This document shows, piece after piece, positions 37,183-47,287 of a stretch of DNA of 55,310 nt. The first letter of the stretch is position 1; every line of letters begins with the position of its first letter. Made by a program: the position numbers and the translations under genes. The notes below the pieces were generated by a model, which was given only the letters and a program-made list of their open reading frames with translations, had not been told where the DNA came from and made no database searches. Source of the stretch: a virus (Duplodnaviria > Caudoviricetes); IMG/VR virus record IMGVR_UViG_3300012665_000810, positions 1 through 55,310 of that record, one strand, 5' to 3'.

Positions 37183-38610
37183 GTGATGGCCCTGGTATTA
37201 GTAGATAGAGTCAAAGTAAGAACACAAACTGCCGGAACTGGCACATTAACCTTAGGGCCTGCTGTTGAAGGCTTCCAAACATTTGCATCAGTAGGTAACG
37301 GCAATACTACCTACTATGCCATCGTTGACAATAGAGGAAACTGGGAAATTGGACTAGGAACATATAGTTCAGTTACAGTTGGTCCAACTACCACCGAATA
37401 CCTAGCCAGAACAACAGTTTACAGTTCTTCCAATAGTGGCGCAGCAATTGATTTTCCAACAGGTGCAAAAAATGTATTTGCTACCTACCCAGCTGCGGCA
37501 GCAACTACATTATTTGGTGGGCCGGGTGCAGCGCCATCGGCAGTATATGCAAATACTATTTCAATACTTGCAGACAACGCCACAAATGCAACTAACTATC
37601 CTTTGTTTGTAAACAATACCACAGGAAACTTAGTAACAAAAGTATCTACTGGATTTACATACAACCCTTCAACAAATTCTTTAACAGCTTCTTCCTTTTT
37701 AGGAAACCTAACAGGTAATGTAACAGGCAATGTAACAGGCAATGTAACAGGCAATACTAGTGGTACGGCATCTAGATTAGCAACTCCTAGAAATATTAAT
37801 GGCATAGCATTTGACGGCAGTGCTAACATTACTGTAACAGCCGCAGCCGATACGTTAACTGGTACAACATTAAAATCAACAATTTTATCAAGTAGTTTAA
37901 CTAGTGTTGGCACATTAACTGATTTAACAGTTACTAATAAAATTACAGGTAGAATACAATTTAGCGATTCTGCAGATGCTGTTCAAACAAGTTCTACTAT
38001 TAACGATGCTTCGTATTATCTATTGTTTGCATCATCAGCTAGCGGAGCGCAAGAACTTAATACAACGTCCAGCTTAAGGTATAATCCTTCAACTGGAGAT
38101 TTTGCAACAACTAAATTTGTTGGCCCTCTTGAAGGAAATGCCAATACTGCTACAACATTACAAACAAGTAGAACAATTAACGGTGTTAGTTTTAATGGTT
38201 CTTCAGACATTACAATAGGCATGCCTGTTAGATCATATCAAAAAACTTCAGATGTAACTGGGTCGGGCACTGTAACATTTTCATCTACTGCTACAATATC
38301 AATTGGCGCATCGTTTGGATCTATGGCAAATTCTGGAATTTTTACATTTACAAGAGCCGGAACATATCAAGTTATTGTAAATTATAATGTTAGCGCAGAC
38401 CCAGATGCGTGGGGCGGCATTAATGGCACTACAGGCACAAGATATAATCAGTTTAAGAAAAATTCAACAGGTGCAGCAATTGGTGGTGTTTCAGATATTA
38501 TTACGGTTAATGTTAATGACACCTACGAGTGGAAAACTAATAACCTAGTAGTAGTACTTGGAAATACCGCATCAACTGCTACTAAGATACAATTTATACA
38601 GATAGGATAA
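37183..38610 (+). CDS. Tail-fibre-like protein
   Basis: GNVT repeats, two A..L.T.R.ING..F.GS..IT fibre repeats, and a C1q/BclA-like C-terminus (GIFTFTRAGTYQV). Start is GTG 37183 or ATG 37186. Confidence 0.7.
   Translation: MMALVLVDRVKVRTQTAGTGTLTLGPAVEGFQTFASVGNGNTTYYAIVDNRGNWEIGLGTYSSVTVGPTTTEYLARTTVYSSSNSGAAIDFPTGAKNVFATYPAAAATTLFGGPGAAPSAVYANTISILADNATNATNYPLFVNNTTGNLVTKVSTGFTYNPSTNSLTASSFLGNLTGNVTGNVTGNVTGNTSGTASRLATPRNINGIAFDGSANITVTAAADTLTGTTLKSTILSSSLTSVGTLTDLTVTNKITGRIQFSDSADAVQTSSTINDASYYLLFASSASGAQELNTTSSLRYNPSTGDFATTKFVGPLEGNANTATTLQTSRTINGVSFNGSSDITIGMPVRSYQKTSDVTGSGTVTFSSTATISIGASFGSMANSGIFTFTRAGTYQVIVNYNVSADPDAWGGINGTTGTRYNQFKKNSTGAAIGGVSDIITVNVNDTYEWKTNNLVVVLGNTASTATKIQFIQIG
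37711..37758 (+). repeat. 12-bp tandem repeat x4 encoding (TGNV)n
   Basis: acaggtaatgta acaggcaatgta acaggcaatgta acaggcaatact. Confidence 0.85.
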
Positions 38611-38616
38611 CACACT

Positions 38617-39762
38617 ATGTCAGGAACTATTTCAGATGACGACCTTGGGTTTGGTGGGACTAGCCAAGGAACCGAACCGAATTATCTTGCAGCTCTAGGA
38701 AGAATAAGCGGAAAAGCACTAGCTGATAATCTAGAAAGAAACGGTGTTAACTTAACATTTAGAAACGGAGAAGTTGATCCTGATTTATTATTCCTTGACG
38801 TCACAAACAAACGCATTGGTATAAATCGTGAAGATCCAAACTTAACTTTAGAAATTGTAGGAACTTCAAAAGTTAGTGAAAATATGAATGTTACTGGCAC
38901 GTCGGCTAAACTATCTAATATTATATTTGGAACTAACGGAACTATATCAACACAGGTTGGTCCTATTAATATTATTCCAGCAGGTTCTGATCCTTACATT
39001 CAGTACGGTAAAGTATTAACAGACGATTTAGAAATCAACGATAATTATATCAGATCAAAAGTAACCAACGAGCCTATCGAAATGTTTGCTCACGGCACAG
39101 GAATTGTAGACATTATGTCAACAACTGTGGTGACTGGTAATTTAGAAGTTACACAAAATATCCAAGCCGACGGAGATGTACGGTTTGACGGACAATTTAT
39201 TATCGGCGACAGTCCTTTAGATACTGTAGCTGTACAGACTGATTTTACTCAATCAATTGTTCCTGGCACAAATGCAGCTTATGATTTAGGAACACTAACA
39301 AAACGCTGGGGAAACATAAATCTTACATCAATCCAGCAAGTTTCAACTATTAATATTAATAATGCATATGTAGGGCAAGCTCTAATTTCAGGAAATCAAA
39401 TATCAAATGTTTTAAACAATCAAAACATAGTGTTTGATACTAACGGCGCAGGCAAAATATCGTTAGAAAGTTTTGATATTACAGATTCAGAAATTGTTAA
39501 TACATCGTTATCGACCACACTATTAACATCGACAGGAATTGGATATTTTAGAGTCGACGATACAAACGCAATTGTTATTCCAGTAGGTTCGGATAGGCAA
39601 CGAGAATTTACTGAAATTGGAGAAACTCGATGGAATAGAGATCGAGGATACTTAGAGTGCTTTGACGGCAACATTTATCAAGTAGCATCGGGAGGCGGAG
39701 CCGTTGTAACTCCAAGCCTCATGGAAGAATTTGGCGACCTATACGCCCTCATGCTGGGCTAA
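38617..39762 (+). CDS. Virion fibre/appendage protein, paralog of 39883..40935
   Basis: LGRISGKALADNLERNGVNLTF...LLFLDV.N.RIGIN; ends YALMLG. Confidence 0.65.
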   Translation: MSGTISDDDLGFGGTSQGTEPNYLAALGRISGKALADNLERNGVNLTFRNGEVDPDLLFLDVTNKRIGINREDPNLTLEIVGTSKVSENMNVTGTSAKLSNIIFGTNGTISTQVGPINIIPAGSDPYIQYGKVLTDDLEINDNYIRSKVTNEPIEMFAHGTGIVDIMSTTVVTGNLEVTQNIQADGDVRFDGQFIIGDSPLDTVAVQTDFTQSIVPGTNAAYDLGTLTKRWGNINLTSIQQVSTININNAYVGQALISGNQISNVLNNQNIVFDTNGAGKISLESFDITDSEIVNTSLSTTLLTSTGIGYFRVDDTNAIVIPVGSDRQREFTEIGETRWNRDRGYLECFDGNIYQVASGGGAVVTPSLMEEFGDLYALMLG

Positions 39763-39763
39763 A

Positions 39764-39882
39764 TTTCCATTAGACATAAATACTATTACTGTAAAGACTG
39801 ACCAAGTTTTTACGATATTCAACTGTGGTAAACCCGCAATGTAAGGTGGTTATCCGTGTAACACGGTGTCTAAGGAGAGAGC
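39764..39882 (+). promoter_or_regulatory. Late promoter CATAAATA inside an anti-SD arm, plus structured leader
   Basis: Promoter 39775-39782; hairpins 39791-39813, 39824-39838, 39854-39866; 39764-39776 is complementary to 39867-39878, which contains the SD. Confidence 0.6.
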
Positions 39883-40935
39883 ATGGCTATTGGTCGTATT
39901 AGCGGTCCGCTCTTAAAGCAGAATCTCATCAGAGACGGTGTGAATCTAGCCTTTGAGACCGACCTTTTATATCTTGATGTTGTAAACAGCCGAATCGGTG
40001 TTAATTCCACATCACCACAACACGCCTTAGACATTGTTGGTACTGCACGTACAACAAATTTACAAGTAACAAATCAACTAAATGTTGGTAACTTTACAGT
40101 TACCGGCAACACTATTTCTAGTACCCTTCCAACAATTAGTTTTGTTGCATCGGGCGATGAAACAACAGCATATCATTCTCGACTAACAATTGACGATATT
40201 GATATCAGAGCTAATACTATTTCAACAACTGTTTCTAACTCAAATCTTGAATTGAGAGCGAATGGAACAGGGATTGTTGATATTCAAAGCAGTGCCAAAG
40301 TTACTGGGAACTTAACAGTTACAGGTAACATTACTGCCAACGGCAATATTACAATCGGCGGCAACTTAGTTATTGGTAATGCGCTTACCGATACCATTAC
40401 AATCAATGCCAGCCTTAACAGCAGTTTGATTCCCGAAACATCTAATTTATACGATCTTGGATCTTCAACTTTCAAATGGCGTAATATATACGCTAACAAT
40501 TTAACTTCAGAGAATTTAACTTTAAATTCTTTTCAAATTGGCGACATTTCGATTGCTGATAATAGAATCAGTACTGTAACTAATCAAGACTTAATTTTAA
40601 GTGCTAGCGGAACAGGTAACATTGTTATTGGAAATTTTGCCATTAGAGGAAACACAATTACAAATACTGTAAACAATGCAGTTTCTGTAATTTCTCATAC
40701 AGGTACCGGTTATCTTAAAATTAACGGTACAAACGGATTTGTATTACCGCGTGGCGGATCTGGTGAAAGACCAACACTATATGCTGTTGAAGGTATGACA
40801 CGATACAACACAGATTCGAAAGCCATCGAAATTTGGGACGGCGACACATGGGCAAGCCCATCAGGTACATCAGGAGCGGTATCGGAAGGTAGCGCCAATG
40901 ATATTTCAGCAGCATTTGCATTAATGTTAGGATAA
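39883..40935 (+). CDS. Virion fibre/appendage protein
   Basis: MAIGRISGPLLKQNLIRDGVNLAFETDLLYLDV.N.RIGVN; ends FALMLG. Confidence 0.65.
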   Translation: MAIGRISGPLLKQNLIRDGVNLAFETDLLYLDVVNSRIGVNSTSPQHALDIVGTARTTNLQVTNQLNVGNFTVTGNTISSTLPTISFVASGDETTAYHSRLTIDDIDIRANTISTTVSNSNLELRANGTGIVDIQSSAKVTGNLTVTGNITANGNITIGGNLVIGNALTDTITINASLNSSLIPETSNLYDLGSSTFKWRNIYANNLTSENLTLNSFQIGDISIADNRISTVTNQDLILSASGTGNIVIGNFAIRGNTITNTVNNAVSVISHTGTGYLKINGTNGFVLPRGGSGERPTLYAVEGMTRYNTDSKAIEIWDGDTWASPSGTSGAVSEGSANDISAAFALMLG

Positions 40936-40939
40936 GAAC

Positions 40940-41275
40940 ATGCCAACCGTATTTAAACACGCACTTGAATCACAAATAGGAACAGTTCCTACAGAAATTT
41001 ATACAGTGCCTATCGGATTTAGAGCAACCGTTATTGGTTGTAATCTTGCCAATGTTACCGAATATGACACAATTGTTATTGATGTCTATATCACAGAAGC
41101 AGAAACTAGTACAGCAGCATCGTATATTAAAGGATTAGTCATTCCACCAAGCACAGCAGTGAAGCTGATTACCAATGGTGAAAAATTAATTCTTACACAA
41201 AACACAGGCATTAAAATTGTTAGCAATACAGCAGACAGTTTAGACGTTGTATTAAGTTACGTTGAGATATCATAA
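40940..41275 (+). CDS. Small beta-sandwich virion protein
   Basis: MPTVFK...IYTVP...VIGCNLAN...GEKLIL...LDVVLSYVEIS. Confidence 0.6.
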   Translation: MPTVFKHALESQIGTVPTEIYTVPIGFRATVIGCNLANVTEYDTIVIDVYITEAETSTAASYIKGLVIPPSTAVKLITNGEKLILTQNTGIKIVSNTADSLDVVLSYVEIS

Positions 41276-41285
41276 GGAATAAATC

Positions 41286-41657
41286 ATGGCAGCAGGCAGC
41301 TATTACTTTGGTGAAGATCCAGATAAACGATTAGGTGACAGTCCTAGATATTTCTACGGTCTTAGAAAAAATGCAAACGGTAGTCTTTTTATGATCCGTA
41401 CTGATCAATCAAAAGATAAAGAAACTGTTCAGATTAATAATTTAGGGTTAGACGAAGATAACTTTAATGATTTTGAAGTAGCGGTAGATTTTACCGAGGG
41501 TGTTGATGTAAATCATAACCCAGTTTATCCAAACTTGCGATATCCGCAATATCGCTGGGATGATAGATCTATTTTTTATTATGTTAACGACGATGGCGAA
41601 CTTGTTGCCCGAGTAAATAACGGCTACGCTTATCCAAGCGGAACGTCAGAGGATTGA
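41286..41657 (+). CDS. Hypothetical virion-associated protein
   Basis: SD AAGGA; RYFYGLR...QYRWD...YYVNDDGELVARVN; embedded in the fibre cluster. Confidence 0.6.
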   Translation: MAAGSYYFGEDPDKRLGDSPRYFYGLRKNANGSLFMIRTDQSKDKETVQINNLGLDEDNFNDFEVAVDFTEGVDVNHNPVYPNLRYPQYRWDDRSIFYYVNDDGELVARVNNGYAYPSGTSED

Positions 41658-41665
41658 AATAGAAC

Positions 41666-44600
41666 ATGGCAGAATTTAAATTAAGTAGATTAAAATTTAC
41701 ATGGCTAGGAGCATGGAGTGCTTACGCCAGATATAATCCAGACGACATTGTCAGTTTTGGTGGGCAATCGTATGTTTGTTTAGAAAGTCATGTTGCATCG
41801 GCAGACTTTTATGGTGATCTAAATTATTATAATAACGATACTCCACCGTTGTTGGTTCCTAAGTGGGAACTAGTTGCCAATGGTAATGCTTGGGTAGGCG
41901 ACTGGACTGCAAATACATATTATCGCACTGGCGACATTATGAGGAGAGGCGGTGCATTGTACATTTGTACGTTTGCTCACACATCACCTGCAACAGATGC
42001 TGCTGGCGGAGATCCTTTAGGTGAAAAAGCATTTTCAGTATCTGGGTTAACTTCACAAAATAATCCTGTACAACTATGGGCTGTGTATTTTTCTGGCCAA
42101 TCATGGATGAGAGATTGGGCTGTTAGTACCTATTACAAAATTAATGACATAGTTCGATATGGTGGGCGGATATTTAAATGTATCGGATCTCACACATCGT
42201 CTGGGGATCTAACTGGCGGATTAGAAGCCAGTCTATCAGACTGGGTTACTATTTCAATTGTTGACGATTGGCAAGGTGATTGGGCCATTGATACAAAATA
42301 TAGATTAAACGATCTAGTAAAAGATGGCGGTAACATTTATCAGTGTATCGAATCGCATGTATCGGCAACAGATATTGCAGTAGGTCGCGATGGCGACAGC
42401 TCAAAATGGGCATTACTATACAGTGGTGTACAATATACCGGTCCGTGGGTAGGCGGTCTTACAACATATAAAATAAACGACGTTGTAAAATACGGATCTT
42501 ATCTATACCAATGTACTAGTTTCCACACAGCAGGAACAACCTTTGATTTACAATATTGGTCAATATATTGCCCTGGCGTACAATTTGATCAAGAATGGCA
42601 AGGCGCAGTATTAGATGGAGCCACAGTAATAATTCCGCCAACTGTTTATCAAACTGGCGACATTGTTCGATACGGTGGAAATTTATATGTTGCAGAATCT
42701 ACAAACATAAATCAAAATCCGTCAACAACTACTGCATGGCAAAAATTATTTGACTCGAGCAGAATAACCGGAGAGTGGGATCAATATCATCCTTACAAAC
42801 CGGGTGATGTTGTTCGTCGTGGCGGCAATCTTTATTCAGCATTTTTAGATAACATAAATCAAGACCCAGATTTCTTCAATGACGATACTACAACAAATTC
42901 AGTATATTGGAATTTGATCATTAGTGGTAGTAGATGGGCAGGTATTTGGGAAGCAGGCCGTACATATGTAGTTGGCGACGAAGTAGTTTGGGTGTCAAGC
43001 ACATATATTTGTCAAGACAAACATTTCTCAGATCAAGGCAATAGACCAGACGATGATTACTACGAAGACGGTAGTACTATTATTGGTCGATATTGGTTAA
43101 AAGTTACCGCTGGAAATAGAATAAATCGATTAAAGCAACGCGGCGACTTGCGAACATACGGGCCTACTCAAGATGGTAGTACTGTAGGGTATACAACTTT
43201 AGAAATAGGCACAGAAGGGCACGTTGCACAAACAATCAACGGAGCAGTCACTTGGCGCCCAATGTTTGAAACTCCAAAGGTCTACTATGTGGCAGTTACT
43301 GGTACAGACGATCCATTGGCCGGAACATCACCGAATGCCCCATGGCGTACATTGCGTTATGCATTAGACAACGTTACCGGATATGCTACTATTAACGTTA
43401 GAACTGGGGTGTTTGAAGAAGTATTACCGTTACGTGTGCCAGCATTTGTTGCTGTCCAAGGAGACGAATTACGATCAACCGTAATCAAACCAGCGAACGG
43501 TATAATTGACGAATCCTATTTCAATCAAATTATTGCAGCCGCAGATTATATTGGAAATATTTCTAAATTTATTATAAGAAATATTCCAATTGGCGCAGAC
43601 GATCCTGTTGAACCAACAACGTTATTATACGGAGAGGTCCCACAAGATTTCTCCGAAGGCGCAGCAACATCAGATGAAGCATTAATTATTACTAGTTTGA
43701 CTACACAGTTCCTTAATAGACTAGAAACATTTTCTCCTGGATCGATCTCAGGTTCTAATACACTAACTGGCAATGCTAATCGCCTAACAGCATATGCCAC
43801 AATGACAAACAACAAAGAATTTATTAAGAACGAAGCCACACTATACATCGAAAATGTTTTTAATGATTCTACCGCAGCCGCACTTCCTGAAAGATGGAGC
43901 GGCGATATGGATCGAATTATTGATAGTATAACCTATGATATTGGTTATGTTGGTAATTATAAGACCATTGAAGCATCGACTTATTTTATTAATGCATATG
44001 ATTATGCTTCAAATAAGACCGAAAACATGTTCTTGTTACGAGACGGTACAGGCTTAAGAAACATGACATTAGTTGGTCTAGAAGGAACACTAGGCGAGTT
44101 AAACATTTATCTAACACGTAGACCAAGCGCTGGTGCTTTTGTAAGTTTAGATCCAGGATGGGGACCAAGCGATACCACTACTTGGGTAGGAACTAAATCG
44201 CCTTATATACAAAACGTCACGAACTTTGGTACAGGCTGCGTTGGTCTTAAAGTTGACGGCGACATCCACGGCGGTGGCAATCAAACTATTGTGTCAAACG
44301 ACTTTACACAGATTTTATCAGACGGTATTGGCGTGTGGTGTAACGGTGCAGGTAAGACTGAAGCAGTTTCTGTGTTTACCTATTATAACTACATCAGTTA
44401 TCTATGCACCGCTGGCGGAAAAATTCGTGGAACAAATGGCAATTCGTCATATGGTACATATGGTGCAGTATCTGAAGGATACAGTACAACAGAAACACCA
44501 ATTGCTGCAACAGTTAATAACCGCTACTACCAAGCAGACGTTGCTCAAACACTAATTGGGCCTAACGGAGATATTCTAAAAGTATTTTATAGTGATGCTG

Positions 44601-47230
44601 GAGTAAATTATACATCCGCTACATATAATCTAGTAGGTGCAGGAAATGATGCTGTAATTGTCGGCGATGATTTCCGTGATGGAGCAGTACACGAAGTTAG
44701 AATTGTAACAGCAATGGACTCAACAATCCCAGGCGGATCGAGTTATATGTTTAATACAAATACTTCACAAGGCGGTGATGCTATTTCTATTACACTTGCT
44801 GGATCAAATGAAAATACTGCTGCCGAATATCGTACACTAAGATTAATAATCACAAGTGGTACTGGTACAGGTCAATACGGATATATTGCTGAATACGACG
44901 ATGTTGGCAAGGTTGCTTATATTGGTAAAGAATCAAAATCTTCATTGTCTGTTGTTTCAAGTACTACTGGATTAGCCGGAAGTTTATATACATTAACATC
45001 AGTCAGTGGCCTAGCAATTAACGATAGAGTAATCTTTACTGGAACTAAGTTTGGTAACATCCAAGATTTTACCACATACTATGTAAAAACTATCGATACC
45101 GGTACAAATAAAATCACGCTAAGTCTTACTCAAGGTGGCGCCACATATAGCAGTGCGCTAGGTACAGGTACAATGACATTACATCATGTTGGCTGGGAAC
45201 ATGTTGTACCCGGAACTACTATATTGTCAGCACTAGATAAGAGTTCTAATTACAGTATTGAACCAAGAGTAACTTTTAGTTCTCCGGGATTTGCTGCCGC
45301 TGCTGGTGGTCCGCTTCCGTCAGAAAGCCAATGGCTAAGTGTAGCATCAAACGATACTGTTTATGTAGCAGTTGGATTGGCATTGAACACTGTTGCATAC
45401 TCTACAAACGCTCAAGATTGGCTAACTGCTAATTTGCCGTATACAGGATTATGGACTAGAGTTAGATATCTCAACGGACAATTTATTGCATTTGCTGAAC
45501 TAGGAAAAGCAGCTCGATCTACAGACGGTCTAAATTGGTCAGCATTAACGATGCCAAATACCAGTGTAGACTGGAGAGATGTTACCTATGGCGGTGGAAA
45601 ATATGTAGCTGTTGCTAACGGCGGAACTTCTGCTGCAACATCTACAGACGGTATTACATGGACACTACAAACACTACCAGAAGGTGCAGAATGGAATTCT
45701 ATTCGTTACGGTAAAGGTACATTTGTAGTAGCTGCACAAAGTGATTCAACAATTACTAACCTAGCATACAGTACTACCGGATTAACAGGATCGTGGACTA
45801 TTGGTTCTGTGCCAAGCGGTATTATAGGATTGGCATACGGTAATAATCGATTTGTTGCAATTTCCGGAGGCTACATTGGTGCCAACAGTGCTTATACTAG
45901 CGTTGATGGCATATCATGGAGTAGCGCAGTAACAATACCAACAGCAAATTGGCAAGACATTACATACGGTCAAGGGTTGTTTATGGCTGTAGCTACCGGA
46001 ACAAATACTGTTATTACATCACAAGATGGAATTATATGGACTACACAATCTATTCCAAGTTCAGGCACATGGTCGGCAGTTGGTTTTTCTAATATCAGCA
46101 AGCCTGGCAAGTTTATTATTTTAGCAGGCGGTACTGGTAACAGTACAGCTACTATGTTAGTAACAACAGGTGTAACAGCACAGGCTCGTGCTTATGTAAT
46201 AGGCAACAAAATAACTCAAATTAGATTATGGGATACAGGTAGTGGCTACACTAACACCCCGGCAATCACGCTCACGGATCCAAATAACATTAACGATGTT
46301 TCGTTAGAAGTTAGAAAAGGAAACGGAGTATTAGGTGTGCCTACTATTACGAATGGCGGAACTGGATATGCACAAACTAGTACAGTAATTACAATCACTG
46401 GAAATGGTTACAAAGATCAATATCAGATTGGCTCATTTTTAGTAGTTGACGGGTTAACTCGTATTCCTGGACCAGGCGATAACGTTTCTATTGGTGGAAT
46501 CAATGACTACACTTATAAATTATTAAATGTTTTAATTCTAGGTGGCACACTTGGTAATTATACAGCACGATTAAACATTGGTAAAGAGTTAAACATTGAA
46601 GAATCACCAGAACACGGAATACCAGTATCGATTAGACAGTTTTATAGTCAGTGTCGTTTAACAGGACATGACTTTTTAGATGTTGGACTGGGTAATTTTA
46701 CACAGACTAACTATCCATTAACATTGTATCCTAATGGCACAGTACTTTCGCCCGAAGATGAAGTTCAAGAATCTGATGGCGGACGAGTATTCTATACAAC
46801 AACTGACCAAGATGGTAACTTTAGAGTTGGTGAGCTATTTGCTGTTGAACAATCAACAGGTATTGTTACGCTAAACGCACAATTCTTTGAACTACAAGGT
46901 CTAGAAGAATTGAGATTAGGTGGTATTGTTGTTGGCGGAACTGGAGTCGTTGTTCGTGAGTTTTCAACAGATGTAACATTTACTGCTGATTCAAATAATG
47001 TTGTTCCAACACAAAAAGCAATCAAAGCCTACATTCAACGTAGGGTGTCAGGCGGTGGTGCAGATGCAATTACTGGCGGAGTAACTGCTGGTGTGGTACA
47101 GGTTGGTTTGCCTGATAGATTATCAACAACAGACGGATCAGCTTTAATCTTTAGAAATAAAGTAAACATAACAGGCGGTATCGATGGCGATATGTTAGTT
47201 TTAGCATATTTTACATCGAGTGGGGCGTAA
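41666..47230 (+). CDS. Giant multi-domain fibre protein A (1854 aa)
   Basis: 8 N-terminal CBM5/12-like repeats (W.....Y..DDIV.YGG..Y.C...H), a beta-helix entry motif (VYYVAVTGTD...PWRTLRYAL), and S.DG..W propeller repeats. Confidence 0.8.
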   Translation: MAEFKLSRLKFTWLGAWSAYARYNPDDIVSFGGQSYVCLESHVASADFYGDLNYYNNDTPPLLVPKWELVANGNAWVGDWTANTYYRTGDIMRRGGALYICTFAHTSPATDAAGGDPLGEKAFSVSGLTSQNNPVQLWAVYFSGQSWMRDWAVSTYYKINDIVRYGGRIFKCIGSHTSSGDLTGGLEASLSDWVTISIVDDWQGDWAIDTKYRLNDLVKDGGNIYQCIESHVSATDIAVGRDGDSSKWALLYSGVQYTGPWVGGLTTYKINDVVKYGSYLYQCTSFHTAGTTFDLQYWSIYCPGVQFDQEWQGAVLDGATVIIPPTVYQTGDIVRYGGNLYVAESTNINQNPSTTTAWQKLFDSSRITGEWDQYHPYKPGDVVRRGGNLYSAFLDNINQDPDFFNDDTTTNSVYWNLIISGSRWAGIWEAGRTYVVGDEVVWVSSTYICQDKHFSDQGNRPDDDYYEDGSTIIGRYWLKVTAGNRINRLKQRGDLRTYGPTQDGSTVGYTTLEIGTEGHVAQTINGAVTWRPMFETPKVYYVAVTGTDDPLAGTSPNAPWRTLRYALDNVTGYATINVRTGVFEEVLPLRVPAFVAVQGDELRSTVIKPANGIIDESYFNQIIAAADYIGNISKFIIRNIPIGADDPVEPTTLLYGEVPQDFSEGAATSDEALIITSLTTQFLNRLETFSPGSISGSNTLTGNANRLTAYATMTNNKEFIKNEATLYIENVFNDSTAAALPERWSGDMDRIIDSITYDIGYVGNYKTIEASTYFINAYDYASNKTENMFLLRDGTGLRNMTLVGLEGTLGELNIYLTRRPSAGAFVSLDPGWGPSDTTTWVGTKSPYIQNVTNFGTGCVGLKVDGDIHGGGNQTIVSNDFTQILSDGIGVWCNGAGKTEAVSVFTYYNYISYLCTAGGKIRGTNGNSSYGTYGAVSEGYSTTETPIAATVNNRYYQADVAQTLIGPNGDILKVFYSDAGVNYTSATYNLVGAGNDAVIVGDDFRDGAVHEVRIVTAMDSTIPGGSSYMFNTNTSQGGDAISITLAGSNENTAAEYRTLRLIITSGTGTGQYGYIAEYDDVGKVAYIGKESKSSLSVVSSTTGLAGSLYTLTSVSGLAINDRVIFTGTKFGNIQDFTTYYVKTIDTGTNKITLSLTQGGATYSSALGTGTMTLHHVGWEHVVPGTTILSALDKSSNYSIEPRVTFSSPGFAAAAGGPLPSESQWLSVASNDTVYVAVGLALNTVAYSTNAQDWLTANLPYTGLWTRVRYLNGQFIAFAELGKAARSTDGLNWSALTMPNTSVDWRDVTYGGGKYVAVANGGTSAATSTDGITWTLQTLPEGAEWNSIRYGKGTFVVAAQSDSTITNLAYSTTGLTGSWTIGSVPSGIIGLAYGNNRFVAISGGYIGANSAYTSVDGISWSSAVTIPTANWQDITYGQGLFMAVATGTNTVITSQDGIIWTTQSIPSSGTWSAVGFSNISKPGKFIILAGGTGNSTATMLVTTGVTAQARAYVIGNKITQIRLWDTGSGYTNTPAITLTDPNNINDVSLEVRKGNGVLGVPTITNGGTGYAQTSTVITITGNGYKDQYQIGSFLVVDGLTRIPGPGDNVSIGGINDYTYKLLNVLILGGTLGNYTARLNIGKELNIEESPEHGIPVSIRQFYSQCRLTGHDFLDVGLGNFTQTNYPLTLYPNGTVLSPEDEVQESDGGRVFYTTTDQDGNFRVGELFAVEQSTGIVTLNAQFFELQGLEELRLGGIVVGGTGVVVREFSTDVTFTADSNNVVPTQKAIKAYIQRRVSGGGADAITGGVTAGVVQVGLPDRLSTTDGSALIFRNKVNITGGIDGDMLVLAYFTSSGA

Positions 47231-47251
47231 GTATAGCACTTACAAAAGTTT

Positions 47252-47259
47252 GATAAATA
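47252..47259 (+). promoter_or_regulatory. Late promoter (GATAAATA), preceded by a small hairpin at 47227-47243
   Basis: TAAATA core upstream of SD GGAG and ATG 47288; GTAAGT-ATAGC-ACTTAC hairpin over the upstream stop. Confidence 0.6.
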
Positions 47260-47287
47260 TCATATAAGAGTATAAACGGAGCTTTAA

